Positions 10,022 to 19,307 of a stretch of DNA of 64,000 bases are shown piece by piece. Within the stretch, counting starts at the first letter, position 1. Every line of letters begins with the position of its first letter. This stretch comes from an uncultured Thermoleophilia bacterium (GTDB taxonomy: Bacteria; Actinomycetota; Thermoleophilia; UBA2241). The notes under the pieces are model-generated. The model was not told where the DNA came from. It saw only the letters and a list, made by a program, of their open reading frames with translations, and made no database searches. Both the position numbers and the translations under genes were made by a program. The stretch spans positions 22,443 through 86,442 of the forward strand of contig CAVPIV010000001.1 of assembly GCA_963705085.1 (NCBI GenBank), read 5' to 3'.

Positions 10022-10501
10022 GACGCGGTTGTCTCGCGAGACCGGGCCGAAAGCCTGCGTTGGCGCGCTGTAGTTCGTGCCAGAGGTCGGTGGCGTGCGC
10101 CAGAGAGCCCTGATCATAGCCCGGACAGCGGGCAGGAACGCAGGAACGGTCAAACGGGACTGTCCGCGGAGTCATCGGGTATGAATGCTGAGAAGAATAC
10201 GTCGCTTGACACACATGCGACGCCCCGGGGCGTGAAGCCGGGATGCGTCGGCCGAGGTGCCGCACTCGCTGCAGTGTGACACGGGGCCACTGGTGAGATG
10301 CCCGCGCGCCGGCGCTTGCGCCTCTGGGGCGGTCGCAGGGAGGAGGCGCCTGTGGCGCAGCAGACTCGGAGGTGCTTGCCGCAGTCTTGGGGCAAGCACC
10401 TCCATCCGCGAGACTCGGTACCGCCCGCGGCGTGAGTGTCACCAGTTGGCCTGTCGCGCGCTTGCGCTTGGACGGTGTCGAAGGTGAGAGGGGGTGGCAG
10501 G

Positions 10502-10852
10502 ATGAGCCACACCATCGCGCATAGGCCCTGGTCCCCTGGGCACGTCCCGTGGGCGCCGATTCTGGCGGTGCTCGCCGTTGTCGTGATCGCGGCGGTGGTG
10601 CTGGTGGTCGCCAACTGGCCGACCACCACAACGACGCCGCCGGCGACCACTGCCGGCGTCGCAGGCACCGAGCCAGCTGCCGTGTCGCCGGCGGTGATGG
10701 TCGGCGATCGGGCGGCGGCGCTGACCTACTACAAACGCAACTACAGCCCCAACGCGGAGTTCGTCCCGGCCGTGGTGGGGGTCGTCAGCCCGTACCCCAA
10801 GCTGCCGCCTGCGCTGTACCAGTACAAGCGCACCCATAGCCCGACGTACTAG
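10502..10852 (+). CDS. Hypothetical single-pass membrane protein with a Thr/Pro-rich linker
   Basis: GAGAGGGGG SD before ATG 10502; one TM helix (ILAVLAVVVIAAVVLVVA). Confidence 0.5.
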   Translation: MSHTIAHRPWSPGHVPWAPILAVLAVVVIAAVVLVVANWPTTTTTPPATTAGVAGTEPAAVSPAVMVGDRAAALTYYKRNYSPNAEFVPAVVGVVSPYPKLPPALYQYKRTHSPTY

Positions 10853-10985
10853 CAGACGCCCACGGCTGCCGCCGAGGAGCGGCGTCGGAATCGGGCGCGG
10901 GGGCCGCATCGTGCCGATGCGACCGCCGCGCCCTTGCGGTATGCGGCCAGGCCTTCGGTCGGGGCCGTCAGCGCCGCCGGGGGGA

Positions 10986-11189
10986 CTAGTTGCGCGGACG
11001 AGTCGGCGGGATGAGCAGCAGGACGATGATGGTGATCAGCGGGAAGAAGCAAGCCAGGAGCCCCCAGAAGAGCGGACTGCGGCCTTTGCTCCGGGCGATG
11101 TTCATGGTCAAGAAGATGAAAATGACCCACGCGAACACGAAGATCATCCACCAGAACCACTCGAGCGCTGCGACGATCACCGCGACCAT
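10986..11189 (-). CDS. Small membrane protein, PLDc_N (phospholipase-D-like N-terminal) domain
   Basis: 67 aa, MVAVIVAALEWFWW...MNIARSKGRSPLFWGLLACFFPLITIIVLLLIPP; AGGGGG SD upstream. Confidence 0.55.
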   Translation of the reverse strand: MVAVIVAALEWFWWMIFVFAWVIFIFLTMNIARSKGRSPLFWGLLACFFPLITIIVLLLIPPTRPRN

Positions 11190-11415
11190 CTCTACCCCCT
11201 CTTGCCGGCTGCCACGTCGTGGCTGACGGCACATCCTCACATCTGCCGGTGGTTCCGGCAAACGAGGGCGCCCGGCGGCAGGTCCTCTGCCAGTGCTTTG
11301 GCCAAGGAGGCACGCACGCGAACGGCGACGCGGCGCCGCGCGGCGGGTATGTGAGCCGGAGGACGCAGCGGCTTCTGCGCGTCTGTACGGTGCGGCGGGG
11401 GTGGGAGCTGGGGTC

Positions 11416-12360
11416 ATGAGCCTCGACGCTACTGATTCGGTGATCGCGGTCGACGGTCTCCGCAAGACCTACGGGCCGACGGTGGCTGTGGACGGCATCA
11501 GCTTCGAGGTGGGACGGGGAGAGATCTTCGGGCTGCTCGGCTCGAACGGCGCCGGCAAGACGACCACGGTTGAGTGCCTGGAGGGGTTGCGTCGGCCCAG
11601 CGGCGGCACGGTGCGGCTGCTCGGCTCCGATCCGGTAGCGGAGCGCGACCACCTGAGGGGCCGCGTCGGCTGCCAGCTGCAGGAATCCCATCTCCCGGAC
11701 CGCATGCGCGTGTGGGAGTCGCTTGACCTGTTCGCAGCGGCTGGGCCCGGGGCTGTGGATTGGGAGCCTCTGCTGGACGCCTGGGGGTTGGCCGGCAAGC
11801 GCGATGCTCCCTTCGGGAGCCTCTCGGGCGGCCAGCGACAACGGCTTCTGGTAGCTCTCGCCCTGGTGACCGATCCGGACGTCGTCTTTCTCGATGAGAT
11901 GACGACCGGGCTGGATCCCGCTGCGCGGCATGCGAGCTGGGAACTCATCGACGCGATCCGCCGGCGTGGCACGACCGTCGTACTGGTCACTCACTTCATG
12001 GACGAGGCCGAGCGGCTGTGCGATCGGGTGGCCGTGATGGATGCGGGCCGCATCGTCGCCCTCGGCAAACCGCAAGCCTTGATCGAAGCTCGTCTCGGCT
12101 CTGTCAGGGTGCGCTTCACGGCGGAAGGGCTCGCGGAGTCTGCCACGGCACCGGAGGATCTGGGCTGGCTCGAGGGGGTGCGTCACGTGCGGTCAGTGGA
12201 GCGCCGCGGTGATGTGGTCGAAGTCACCGGCGAGGGTCCGGTCCTTCTGCACGTCGCCGCCGCGCTGCTCGAGCGCGGGCTGGAACCGGCCGACTTGAGG
12301 GTCGACCGGCCGACGCTCGAGGATACCTTCCTCAAGCTGACCGGCCATGGGCTGGAGTGA
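11416..12360 (+). CDS. ABC transporter ATP-binding protein (ABC-2 exporter type)
   Basis: Walker A GSNGAGKTT, signature LSGGQRQRL, Walker B VVFLDE. Confidence 0.9.
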   Translation: MSLDATDSVIAVDGLRKTYGPTVAVDGISFEVGRGEIFGLLGSNGAGKTTTVECLEGLRRPSGGTVRLLGSDPVAERDHLRGRVGCQLQESHLPDRMRVWESLDLFAAAGPGAVDWEPLLDAWGLAGKRDAPFGSLSGGQRQRLLVALALVTDPDVVFLDEMTTGLDPAARHASWELIDAIRRRGTTVVLVTHFMDEAERLCDRVAVMDAGRIVALGKPQALIEARLGSVRVRFTAEGLAESATAPEDLGWLEGVRHVRSVERRGDVVEVTGEGPVLLHVAAALLERGLEPADLRVDRPTLEDTFLKLTGHGLE

Positions 12361-12363
12361 CGG

Positions 12364-13125
12364 ATGAGGCTCTGGCGCAAGCTCGTGTGGGAGGAGCTCA
12401 AGCTGTTCGTGCGCGAACCGCTGACGGTGGTCTTCGCGCTGGGCTTCCCGCTGGTCATGCTGTTCGTGCTCGCCGAGGTCTTCGGCTCGACGCCGGCGAC
12501 GCCCGAGCCGGGGGAGCAACCCGTCTTTCGCGGCGTCTCGCCGATGAGCTACTACGTGCCCGCCTACATCGCCCTGGCCGCGGCTGCCGTCGGCCTGGTG
12601 ATGGTCCCGGCCCACCTGGCGGCCTATCGCGAACGGGGCGTCTTGCGGCGCTTCCGGGCGGCGTTCATTCCGGGCTCGACGGTGTACAGCGCGCAGGTCG
12701 CCGTGCAGTACGTGCTGTCCACGGCCGGCGCTGTTCTCATCGCGGGCGCCGCCTCCGCCGCCTACGAACTCCCCGCGCCGGCCGACTACGCCGGCGTGGT
12801 CGTGGGCTTCCTCGTCACCGTGGCGGCCTTCGCGGCCATCGGTATCCTGCTGGGCGCCGTCATGCCGTCGCCGCGTGCCGCGCAGGGCTTCGGCGTCATG
12901 CTGTTCTTCGTGATGATGATGGTCTGTGGCGGCGGACCCCCGGTCGACGTCATGACGCCGACGATGCAGACCGTCGGCAAGGCCCTGCCGCTGTGGCACG
13001 GCATCGTGGCCATCCAGGACGCATGGCTCGGGTTCGGGTGGAGCTGGAGCGCGCTGGCGGTCACGGCGGGCTTCGCGGTGGTCGCCGGTGCGCTCGCGAT
13101 CCTCGCGTTCAGGCGCGTGGGCTAG
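12364..13125 (+). CDS. ABC-2 family transporter permease
   Basis: Six-TM hydrophobic profile, directly downstream of the ATPase. Confidence 0.85.
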   Translation: MRLWRKLVWEELKLFVREPLTVVFALGFPLVMLFVLAEVFGSTPATPEPGEQPVFRGVSPMSYYVPAYIALAAAAVGLVMVPAHLAAYRERGVLRRFRAAFIPGSTVYSAQVAVQYVLSTAGAVLIAGAASAAYELPAPADYAGVVVGFLVTVAAFAAIGILLGAVMPSPRAAQGFGVMLFFVMMMVCGGGPPVDVMTPTMQTVGKALPLWHGIVAIQDAWLGFGWSWSALAVTAGFAVVAGALAILAFRRVG

Positions 13126-13162
13126 GATCCTCGCTCGCCGTACGGCAGCTGGCACCCAGGAG

Positions 13163-13414
13163 TCAGGCCGCGGCGTCGGCCTCGGCCTGCGCCTGGGCCG
13201 CCACTATCTCCGCCACGCCCAGACGTGTGGCCGTCCAGAGGGCATCAGGCAGCACGGAAGGGTCCGTCAGCAGTGTCGCCTTGCCGGTGCGCTTGCTGAT
13301 CTTGACGCCGTAGGTGCGGTGCCAGAAGTAGAGGGTTCCGTCTCTGGCGACGCAGCGTGCCTCGAACCCTTGCGAGATCACCTCGCCGGTACTATACGTG
13401 CGCTCGGTTGCCAT
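13163..13414 (-). CDS. Hypothetical small protein
   Basis: 83 aa with balanced composition (TLYFWHRTYGVKISKRTGKATLL); no recognisable family. Confidence 0.45.
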   Translation of the reverse strand: MATERTYSTGEVISQGFEARCVARDGTLYFWHRTYGVKISKRTGKATLLTDPSVLPDALWTATRLGVAEIVAAQAQAEADAAA

Positions 13415-13971
13415 GCTCGTCCGCCTTTCGGGTCCGTCGGCTGCGTCGCGGGCTCGTCACCTTCGGTATCGGTTGGGCGGGCGTCAGAGACAGTAGGACG
13501 AACATCTAGGCGCCCGAGGGCTGCCGGTGCCTGGTTCGGCGGTCCTGGGATTCCGTGCCGTCCGCCGACCAACGGAAAGGGCGAGGCCCTCGTGAAGACG
13601 CTCGCGAAGGATCGGGTCTGCGCGGGCCCTGGCAGCTCGGCGGAGCGCACCGCCCAGCCGGGGGAGACCTCAACAGGCCAGGACCGGCCTTCGTCGGACT
13701 CTCGGCGCGGGAGGCACGCAATCCCGTCGCGGGCGGCCCTGCAGCAGCGCCGCGACGCGTCTCGACATCTTGTTCGCCCCGCAGCGTGCCCCAGGCGCGC
13801 AAGACACCTCTCGCGCGAACGGCCGTCAGCCCGAGACGCGTCATCTCGTGGTCGACTGGGCGGCGCGACCGGATGAACCGTGCAGGTGACGAGGCCTGCG
13901 CTGTTCCGGGTACCCTCCTGTCGTGATCGTGCGCTCGCAAGCGAGGCGGAGTCGGGGAGAAAGGACAGGGC

Positions 13972-14607
13972 ATGAAGATAGCCATCATCGGCCACGGCAA
14001 CGTCGGAGGCGCGCTGGCTGACCGTCTCCAACGCCTCGGGCACGACGTCACGGTGGCAACGAACCACAGGGAGTCGGACAGCTTGGCGAGACTCCTGGCG
14101 AAGAATGCCGACGTTCGGGTCGCCGCGCCCGACGAGGCCGCGGGGTCTGCCGACGTCGTCGTACTCGCCACGCCCTTCCGCGTGGCCGGAGACGTACTCG
14201 AGCCGCTCGCGGCGTCGCTGGTCGGCAAGATCCTCATCGACTGTACCAACCCCGTTGGACCGGGCGTCACTCACGGACTGGGCGACGGGCGGTCGGGGAC
14301 GGAGGCGATCCAGGCACTGGTGCCCGGGGCGCACGTCGTGAAGGCGTTCAACACCTACGGGTACGAGAACCTCGAGGACTCCCGGTATCCGGACTACAAC
14401 GTCCGGCCCGTCATGATGCTCTGCGGCGCCGACCGGGATGCCAAGCGGGTCGTCGCCCTCCTCGCTGAGCAGCTCGGTTGGCGGCCGCTGGATGTCGGCG
14501 GGATCGAGCAGGCCCTGCATCTGGAGCACATGACGCTGCTGTGGGTACGCATGGTGCGCGTGGATGGTCACTCGCCCCACATGGTGTGGGCCATGCTGGA
14601 GCGCTGA
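13972..14607 (+). CDS. NADP oxidoreductase, coenzyme F420-dependent family (Npd-like)
   Basis: MKIAIIGHGNVGGALA Rossmann N-terminus; strong SD GGGAGAAAGGA. Confidence 0.8.
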   Translation: MKIAIIGHGNVGGALADRLQRLGHDVTVATNHRESDSLARLLAKNADVRVAAPDEAAGSADVVVLATPFRVAGDVLEPLAASLVGKILIDCTNPVGPGVTHGLGDGRSGTEAIQALVPGAHVVKAFNTYGYENLEDSRYPDYNVRPVMMLCGADRDAKRVVALLAEQLGWRPLDVGGIEQALHLEHMTLLWVRMVRVDGHSPHMVWAMLER

Positions 14608-14611
14608 GGCC

Positions 14612-15442
14612 ATGAACGCGAGCGTCCCGGAGGCAACGGTCCGCCTGCGGACCGGGGCGCGCCTCCCCCGTGTCGGGCTCGGCGTGTTCCGCGCCCCGCC
14701 GGGCGAGGTCACGCGCCAGGCCGTGCTCGCGGCCCTGGAGGCCGGCTACCGGCACATCGACACGGCGAGCGCGTACGGGAACGAGCAGGACGTCGGCGAG
14801 GCGCTGCGGCGCAGCGGCGTTCCGCGTTCCGAGATCTTCGTGACGACGAAGCTGTGGAACTCGGACCAGGGCTACGATGCGGCGCTGCGGGCCTTCGAAG
14901 GAAGCCTGACGAGGCTAGGTCTCCCCTCCGTGGATCTCTACCTGATCCACTGGCCGGTCCCGGGCCTGCGGCGGGATTCGTGGCGCGCGCTGGAGGCCCT
15001 CTACGCGGAGCAGCGGGCTCACGCCATCGGAGTGAGCAACTTCATGGTGCCGCACCTCGACGAACTTGCGGCCGAGGCTCGAGTACTGCCGGCGGTCAAC
15101 CAGATCGAGGTGAGCCCGTTCCTGCAGCAGCGCGACGTGCGGGCGTGGTGCGCGGCGCACGACGTCGTGGTTGAGGCCTACAGCCCTCTCACCAAGGGCG
15201 CCCGTCTCGCCGATCCGGTGGTTGTCGATGTGGCGCGCCGGGTTGGGAGGACTCCGGCGCAAGCCCTGCTTCGGTGGGGTCTGCAGCATGGCCTTGTGGT
15301 GCTGCCGAAGTCCGTCCACGCGGAGCGGATCCGCGAGAACGCCGACCTGTTCGACTTCGCGCTGGACGCGGAGAGCATGGCACGCCTGGACGCGCTCGAG
15401 GAGGGCCTGGCCACCGGCTGGGATCCCCGTGGCTGGCGCTAG
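14612..15442 (+). CDS. Aldo/keto reductase (2,5-diketo-D-gluconate reductase-like)
   Basis: GLGVF...GYRHIDTASAYGNE...IFVTTKLWN...IHWP...VSNF motifs. Confidence 0.9.
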   Translation: MNASVPEATVRLRTGARLPRVGLGVFRAPPGEVTRQAVLAALEAGYRHIDTASAYGNEQDVGEALRRSGVPRSEIFVTTKLWNSDQGYDAALRAFEGSLTRLGLPSVDLYLIHWPVPGLRRDSWRALEALYAEQRAHAIGVSNFMVPHLDELAAEARVLPAVNQIEVSPFLQQRDVRAWCAAHDVVVEAYSPLTKGARLADPVVVDVARRVGRTPAQALLRWGLQHGLVVLPKSVHAERIRENADLFDFALDAESMARLDALEEGLATGWDPRGWR

Positions 15443-15552
15443 AGAGGGCGGGGGCTGGTGGTGCCGGGCAGCCGTGGAAGTGCGCTGGGCCGAAGACAAC
15501 GCACCGCAGACCGCGGGAATCGGGAGCCGCACTACAATGAGTTGAGAGCCGG

Positions 15553-15579
15553 CCGCGCCGCGCGGCGGCGCGGCCTGGT
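15553..15579 (+). terminator. GC-rich hairpin after the AKR gene (putative intrinsic terminator)
   Basis: GGCCGCGCC...GGCGCGGCC inverted repeat immediately before the GAGGAGGAGG SD of the next gene. Confidence 0.4.
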
Positions 15580-15603
15580 GTCGCATGTGAGGAGGAGGCC
15601 GCC

Positions 15604-17019
15604 GTGCATCACCGGTCGACGTTTCCCAGCAACGCCCGTCGCCGCCTCTGTCGGTCGGCGCTGCTCGTTCCGATAGCGGCGCTGTTCCTGGCTCTCGGTG
15701 CCGCCCCGGCCGCGGCCCTGTCGTTCGCTCCTCCGGCGAAGTACGTCGCCGGGCACGGTCCGGCCGCCATCGCCGTGGGTGACTTCAACGGCGACGGCAA
15801 GCCGGACCTCGTGACGGCCAACAGCAAAGGGAACAGCGTCGGTGTCCTGTTCGGGACCGGCGGCGGCCGCTTCACCGACAGGGTCCCCTTCCCCGCGGGA
15901 GCAGGCCCTGGAGCCGTCGCCGTCGGCGACTTCAACGGCGACGGCGCGCAAGACCTGGTGACGGCCAACGCGAGGACGGCGAGCGTCAGCGTGCTGCTCG
16001 GCGACGGCTACGGACGGTTCGCTGCCCAGGACAGTATCGCTACGGGGTCGTCTCCGGCCGCCGTCGCCGTCGGCGACTTCAACGGCGACGGCGCGCAGGA
16101 CCTGGTGACGGCCAACTACCACTCGGCCGACGGCACTGCCAGCGTGCTGCTGGGCGACGGCGCCGGCGGCTTCGCTCCGCGAATCGACGTGGCGACTGGG
16201 CCGGCGTCCTACGACATCGCCGTCGGTGACTTCAACAGTGACGGCCGGCAGGATCTTGCGACCGTCATGACCGACTGGCTCATGGAGCAGGGTGTGGGCG
16301 TGCTGCTCGGGGACGGCGAGGGTCACTTCTCCCCCATGTCCGTGTTTGGAACGTCTCTTGAGCCGGTGGCCGTCGCCGTCGGCGACATGAACGGGGATGG
16401 CAGGCAGGATCTGGTGTCCGCCCAGCGCCTGGAGGGCGTCGGCGAGATCGCCGTCCTCCTGGGCGACGGCTCTGGCGTCTTCGCCGGTGGCCGCAGACTG
16501 AGGATCGATCGTGAGACGCTGTGCGTCACCCTCGGCGACGCCAACGGCGACGGCCGCCAGGACGTTGTGAGCGCCAAGGGGAGTGTCGTCATCGTACTGC
16601 GTGGCGATGGCCGGGGCGGTCTCGCCAGCCCGCTGGAGTTCTCCGCCGGCGCCCGCCCTGCGGACGTCGCCGTGGCTGATCTCAACGGCGACGGCCTGCA
16701 GGATCTGGCGACCGCGAACTACGGCTCAGACTCGGTCAGCGTGTTGCTGAACGGCCCGCGGGCGGCGCCGGCCCTGCGGGCCATCTCGCCGGTTCGGGCG
16801 CGCATCGGCGCCGTTGTCACGCTCACGGGCGCTCGCTTCGGGGCGGCGCGGCACGCGAGCGTCGTCAGGTTTGGAGCAGCGGCGGCGAGAGACTACGTGA
16901 GCTGGAGCTCCACGAGGATCAAGGTCCGAGTGCCGCAGGCCACGGCCAGGGGATGCATCAAGGTGACGGTGAGGACCGTCGCGGGCAGCAGCGCGGCGCA
17001 ACCCTTCCGGCGGCTGTAG
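15604..17019 (+). CDS. Secreted FG-GAP/VCBS repeat protein with C-terminal IPT/TIG-like domain
   Basis: GTG start 5 nt after GAGGAGGAGG; signal peptide; at least 7 repeats of VAVGDFNGDG.QDLVTAN; C-terminus ...VTLTGARFG...VKVTVRT. Confidence 0.8.
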   Translation: MHHRSTFPSNARRRLCRSALLVPIAALFLALGAAPAAALSFAPPAKYVAGHGPAAIAVGDFNGDGKPDLVTANSKGNSVGVLFGTGGGRFTDRVPFPAGAGPGAVAVGDFNGDGAQDLVTANARTASVSVLLGDGYGRFAAQDSIATGSSPAAVAVGDFNGDGAQDLVTANYHSADGTASVLLGDGAGGFAPRIDVATGPASYDIAVGDFNSDGRQDLATVMTDWLMEQGVGVLLGDGEGHFSPMSVFGTSLEPVAVAVGDMNGDGRQDLVSAQRLEGVGEIAVLLGDGSGVFAGGRRLRIDRETLCVTLGDANGDGRQDVVSAKGSVVIVLRGDGRGGLASPLEFSAGARPADVAVADLNGDGLQDLATANYGSDSVSVLLNGPRAAPALRAISPVRARIGAVVTLTGARFGAARHASVVRFGAAAARDYVSWSSTRIKVRVPQATARGCIKVTVRTVAGSSAAQPFRRL

Positions 17020-17437
17020 AGCGGCGCTTCGCCGAATCGGCAGGCGCCGGCCGACGGGACAAGGCCCGCTGTCGACGGACCCCGCGTATCGTGCGAGGCT
17101 CCTCGGACGGTGGAGCCGTTGGCCGCCAGGAGTTGGTTCTCGTCCTTCAGGCATTTGCTGCTGGCGCCCGGCAGGCAGCTCGGTCACTGGCAGCCGGGAG
17201 CCTCGTTGAACTCCTCCTCCGGGATGCGCCGTTGCTGATCATGCTTCGCGCGAAAAGCGCTGCAGTGGGGGTGACTGGATCGAACGGGACGTCGTTGTCC
17301 CGGAGCTACACGTGCTCGCGGTCGACGACCCGGAAGGGCGCGACCGTGCCGTCACGCGCGAGCCGGCCCGCGCCCAGGGCGCCGCTCGCGACCTTGATCG
17401 CCCCCTGGCCGGCCTCCTTCGCCCGAGTACAGCTCGT

Positions 17438-17761
17438 CTAGGCCTCGGCGTCGAGCACCTCATCGATCCAACCCAGACCGGCGATGCCGGCCGGGAAGCC
17501 GCAGGTCGTGAAGGCGAGGATGGCGACGTGGCGCAGCTCCTCGGGCGTCGCGCCCGCGGCCAGCGCCTTGCGCGCATTCGATCGCACCGAGCCTTCTGAG
17601 GAGGCGCCGATGGCGAGGCCGAGCTTGACCAGCCGAGCTGCGCGCTCGTCGAGCGGCCCCGCCACGTCCGCGGCCTCGCCGAGGCCGTCGAGGGCGGCGG
17701 CGACCTCGGGGAAGCCTGAACGGAACTTGAGGTACACCTTGGGCAGATGCTCCTGGGTCAT
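17438..17761 (-). CDS. Carboxymuconolactone decarboxylase family protein (AhpD-like)
   Basis: 107 aa, CMD-domain pattern (AAALDGLGEAA...LVKLGLAIGASSEGSV...HVAILAFTTCGFP); GGGGAGG SD. Confidence 0.8.
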   Translation of the reverse strand: MTQEHLPKVYLKFRSGFPEVAAALDGLGEAADVAGPLDERAARLVKLGLAIGASSEGSVRSNARKALAAGATPEELRHVAILAFTTCGFPAGIAGLGWIDEVLDAEA

Positions 17762-17847
17762 GTGGGAACCTCCCCGTGTGGTTGTGGCGGCTCGAGACGC
17801 CGTGAGTACAATGCCATGTTCGCAGAGAGGCCGACCAAGGGGAAGGC

Positions 17848-18090
17848 GTGGCGGATGACGTGACTGCCGGACGGCCGGAGCTGGTGGTCGGCCTCGTCAC
17901 TCTACCGGCCTTCGTCGAGGGGCTGATCGAACGCGCCGTTCACGGGGTCTTCGGGCTGGAGCACTTCTGGGGCTACGTCCTTGTCTCGGCCGCGGTCGGC
18001 AGCGTCGTCGGCGCGTACTGCGGCCTCATGGAGGTCATTCTCGCCCGCGAGCTCTCGCTGCGATATCCGAGGACAGGTGACCAACGTTGA
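17848..18090 (+). CDS. Hypothetical small protein (two hydrophobic segments)
   Basis: 80-aa ORF divergent from the CMD gene; GGGGAAGG SD. Weak call. Confidence 0.35.
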   Translation: MADDVTAGRPELVVGLVTLPAFVEGLIERAVHGVFGLEHFWGYVLVSAAVGSVVGAYCGLMEVILARELSLRYPRTGDQR

Positions 18091-18230
18091 CCGAGCGTTG
18101 ACCGCCTTGGAGGCCGGAAGTGCCAGAGGGGTGCTCTGCCGCAAGGCGGGATCTGCGTCTAGACTAGCGCAGTGGTACGGTGCCCGGCTGCGGACGCCGT
18201 CAGCGGACTGAAGGGGGCGCCGTGCGGTCG

Positions 18231-19307
18231 ATGCTCGCACTCGTCAAGAACCACCGCGGACCGGGGCTGGCGCTGGAGAGCGTCGCCGTCCCCGCCGCCG
18301 GCCCCGGAGAGGTCGTGATCCGGGTGCTCAAAGCCGCGATCTGCGGCACGGACGTCCACATCTTCGAGTGGAACGAGTGGGCGCGGCGCACGCTGCCGGT
18401 GCCGCTCATCGCCGGCCACGAGTTCGTGGGCAGGATCGTCGAGCTGGGGGACGGCGTGCGCGGCTTCACCACGGGTGATCTGGTGACCGGCGAGGGGCAC
18501 ATCGTCTGTGGCCACTGCCGCAACTGCCGGGCCGGCCGCCGGCATCTCTGCGCTCACACCCTCGGCATCGGCGTGACTGCCCCCGGCGCCTTCGCCGAGT
18601 ACCTGGCCTTGCCGGCGGTCAACGTCTGGCCGGTGCCGGCCTCGATCCCGCTCGACACTCTTGCCATCTTCGACCCGCTGGGCAACGCCGTGCACGCCGC
18701 CCTCTCGTTCGACCTCGTCGGCGAAGACGTGCTCATCACCGGCGCGGGGCCGATAGGCTGCCTGGCGGCGGCGGTCGCGCGCCACGCCGGGGCGCGCCAT
18801 GTCGTGATCACCGACGTCAACCCGACGCGGCTGCACATCGCCGAGAAGATGGGCGCGACGCTGGCCGTCGATGTGCGCACGTCGGGCATCGCCGAGGCGA
18901 TGGCGGCTCTCGCCATGCGGGAGGGCTTCGACGTCGGTCTCGAGATGTCGGGCAGCAAGGCGGCGCTGCGCGACATGCTCGCCGTCATGGCGCACGGGGG
19001 GCGCGTCGGGCTGCTCGGCATCCTGGAGGGCGAGACCCCGGTGGAGATGGAGCGCGTGATCTTCGGCGGGCTCATCCTCAAGGGGATCTACGGCCGCGAG
19101 ATGTTCGAGACCTGGTACAAGATGACGCAGCTGGTTGTGGGCGGCCTCGACGTCACCCCGGTCATCACCCACCGCTTTCCCGTCACCGAGTTTGAGGAGG
19201 CCTTCACAGTGGCGCGCTCCGGACACTCCGGCAAGGTCATCCTGGAGTGGCCGGCCGCGCTCGACGTCGAAGGCGGCAGCACGTCCGAGTCTGGAGGAGC
19301 GCCGTGA
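18231..19307 (+). CDS. tdh: L-threonine 3-dehydrogenase
   Basis: Near-collinear with E. coli Tdh (AICGTDVHI...GHEFVG...[21 protein letters not shown]...[11 protein letters not shown]...SGKVIL). Confidence 0.95.
   Translation: MLALVKNHRGPGLALESVAVPAAGPGEVVIRVLKAAICGTDVHIFEWNEWARRTLPVPLIAGHEFVGRIVELGDGVRGFTTGDLVTGEGHIVCGHCRNCRAGRRHLCAHTLGIGVTAPGAFAEYLALPAVNVWPVPASIPLDTLAIFDPLGNAVHAALSFDLVGEDVLITGAGPIGCLAAAVARHAGARHVVITDVNPTRLHIAEKMGATLAVDVRTSGIAEAMAALAMREGFDVGLEMSGSKAALRDMLAVMAHGGRVGLLGILEGETPVEMERVIFGGLILKGIYGREMFETWYKMTQLVVGGLDVTPVITHRFPVTEFEEAFTVARSGHSGKVILEWPAALDVEGGSTSESGGAP

Noticed and set aside
11190-11415. Possible riboswitch or leader upstream of the ABC exporter (nested inverted repeats TTGCCGG...CCGGCAA and GCCACGTCGTGGC)
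   Set aside because: No match to any riboswitch consensus that I can recognise. This is a divergent promoter region where palindromes are as likely to be operator sites. Left as unassigned structure.
10849-12186. Long Arg/Ala/Pro-rich ORFs on the strand opposite real genes (for example 10849-12186, 12193-13155, 13378-14712, 20120-20872, 25731-26750, 28301-30085, 30740-31828, 36045-37892, 38172-39155, 39216-40541, 40679-42949, 44483-45799, 58557-61136, 58361-60283, 6196-7317)
   Set aside because: Typical shadow ORFs of a 70% GC genome. They have low-complexity R/A/P/G composition, no motifs, and always overlap a well-supported gene in another frame. 45103-45915 shows the classic antisense image (VDLPAPLGP) of an ABC signature.
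15604-17019. Regularly spaced direct repeats, checked as a possible CRISPR array
   Set aside because: The repeats are in-frame coding repeats of an FG-GAP protein (VAVGDFNGDG...). They have variable spacing and no spacer-like unique segments. No cas genes are present.
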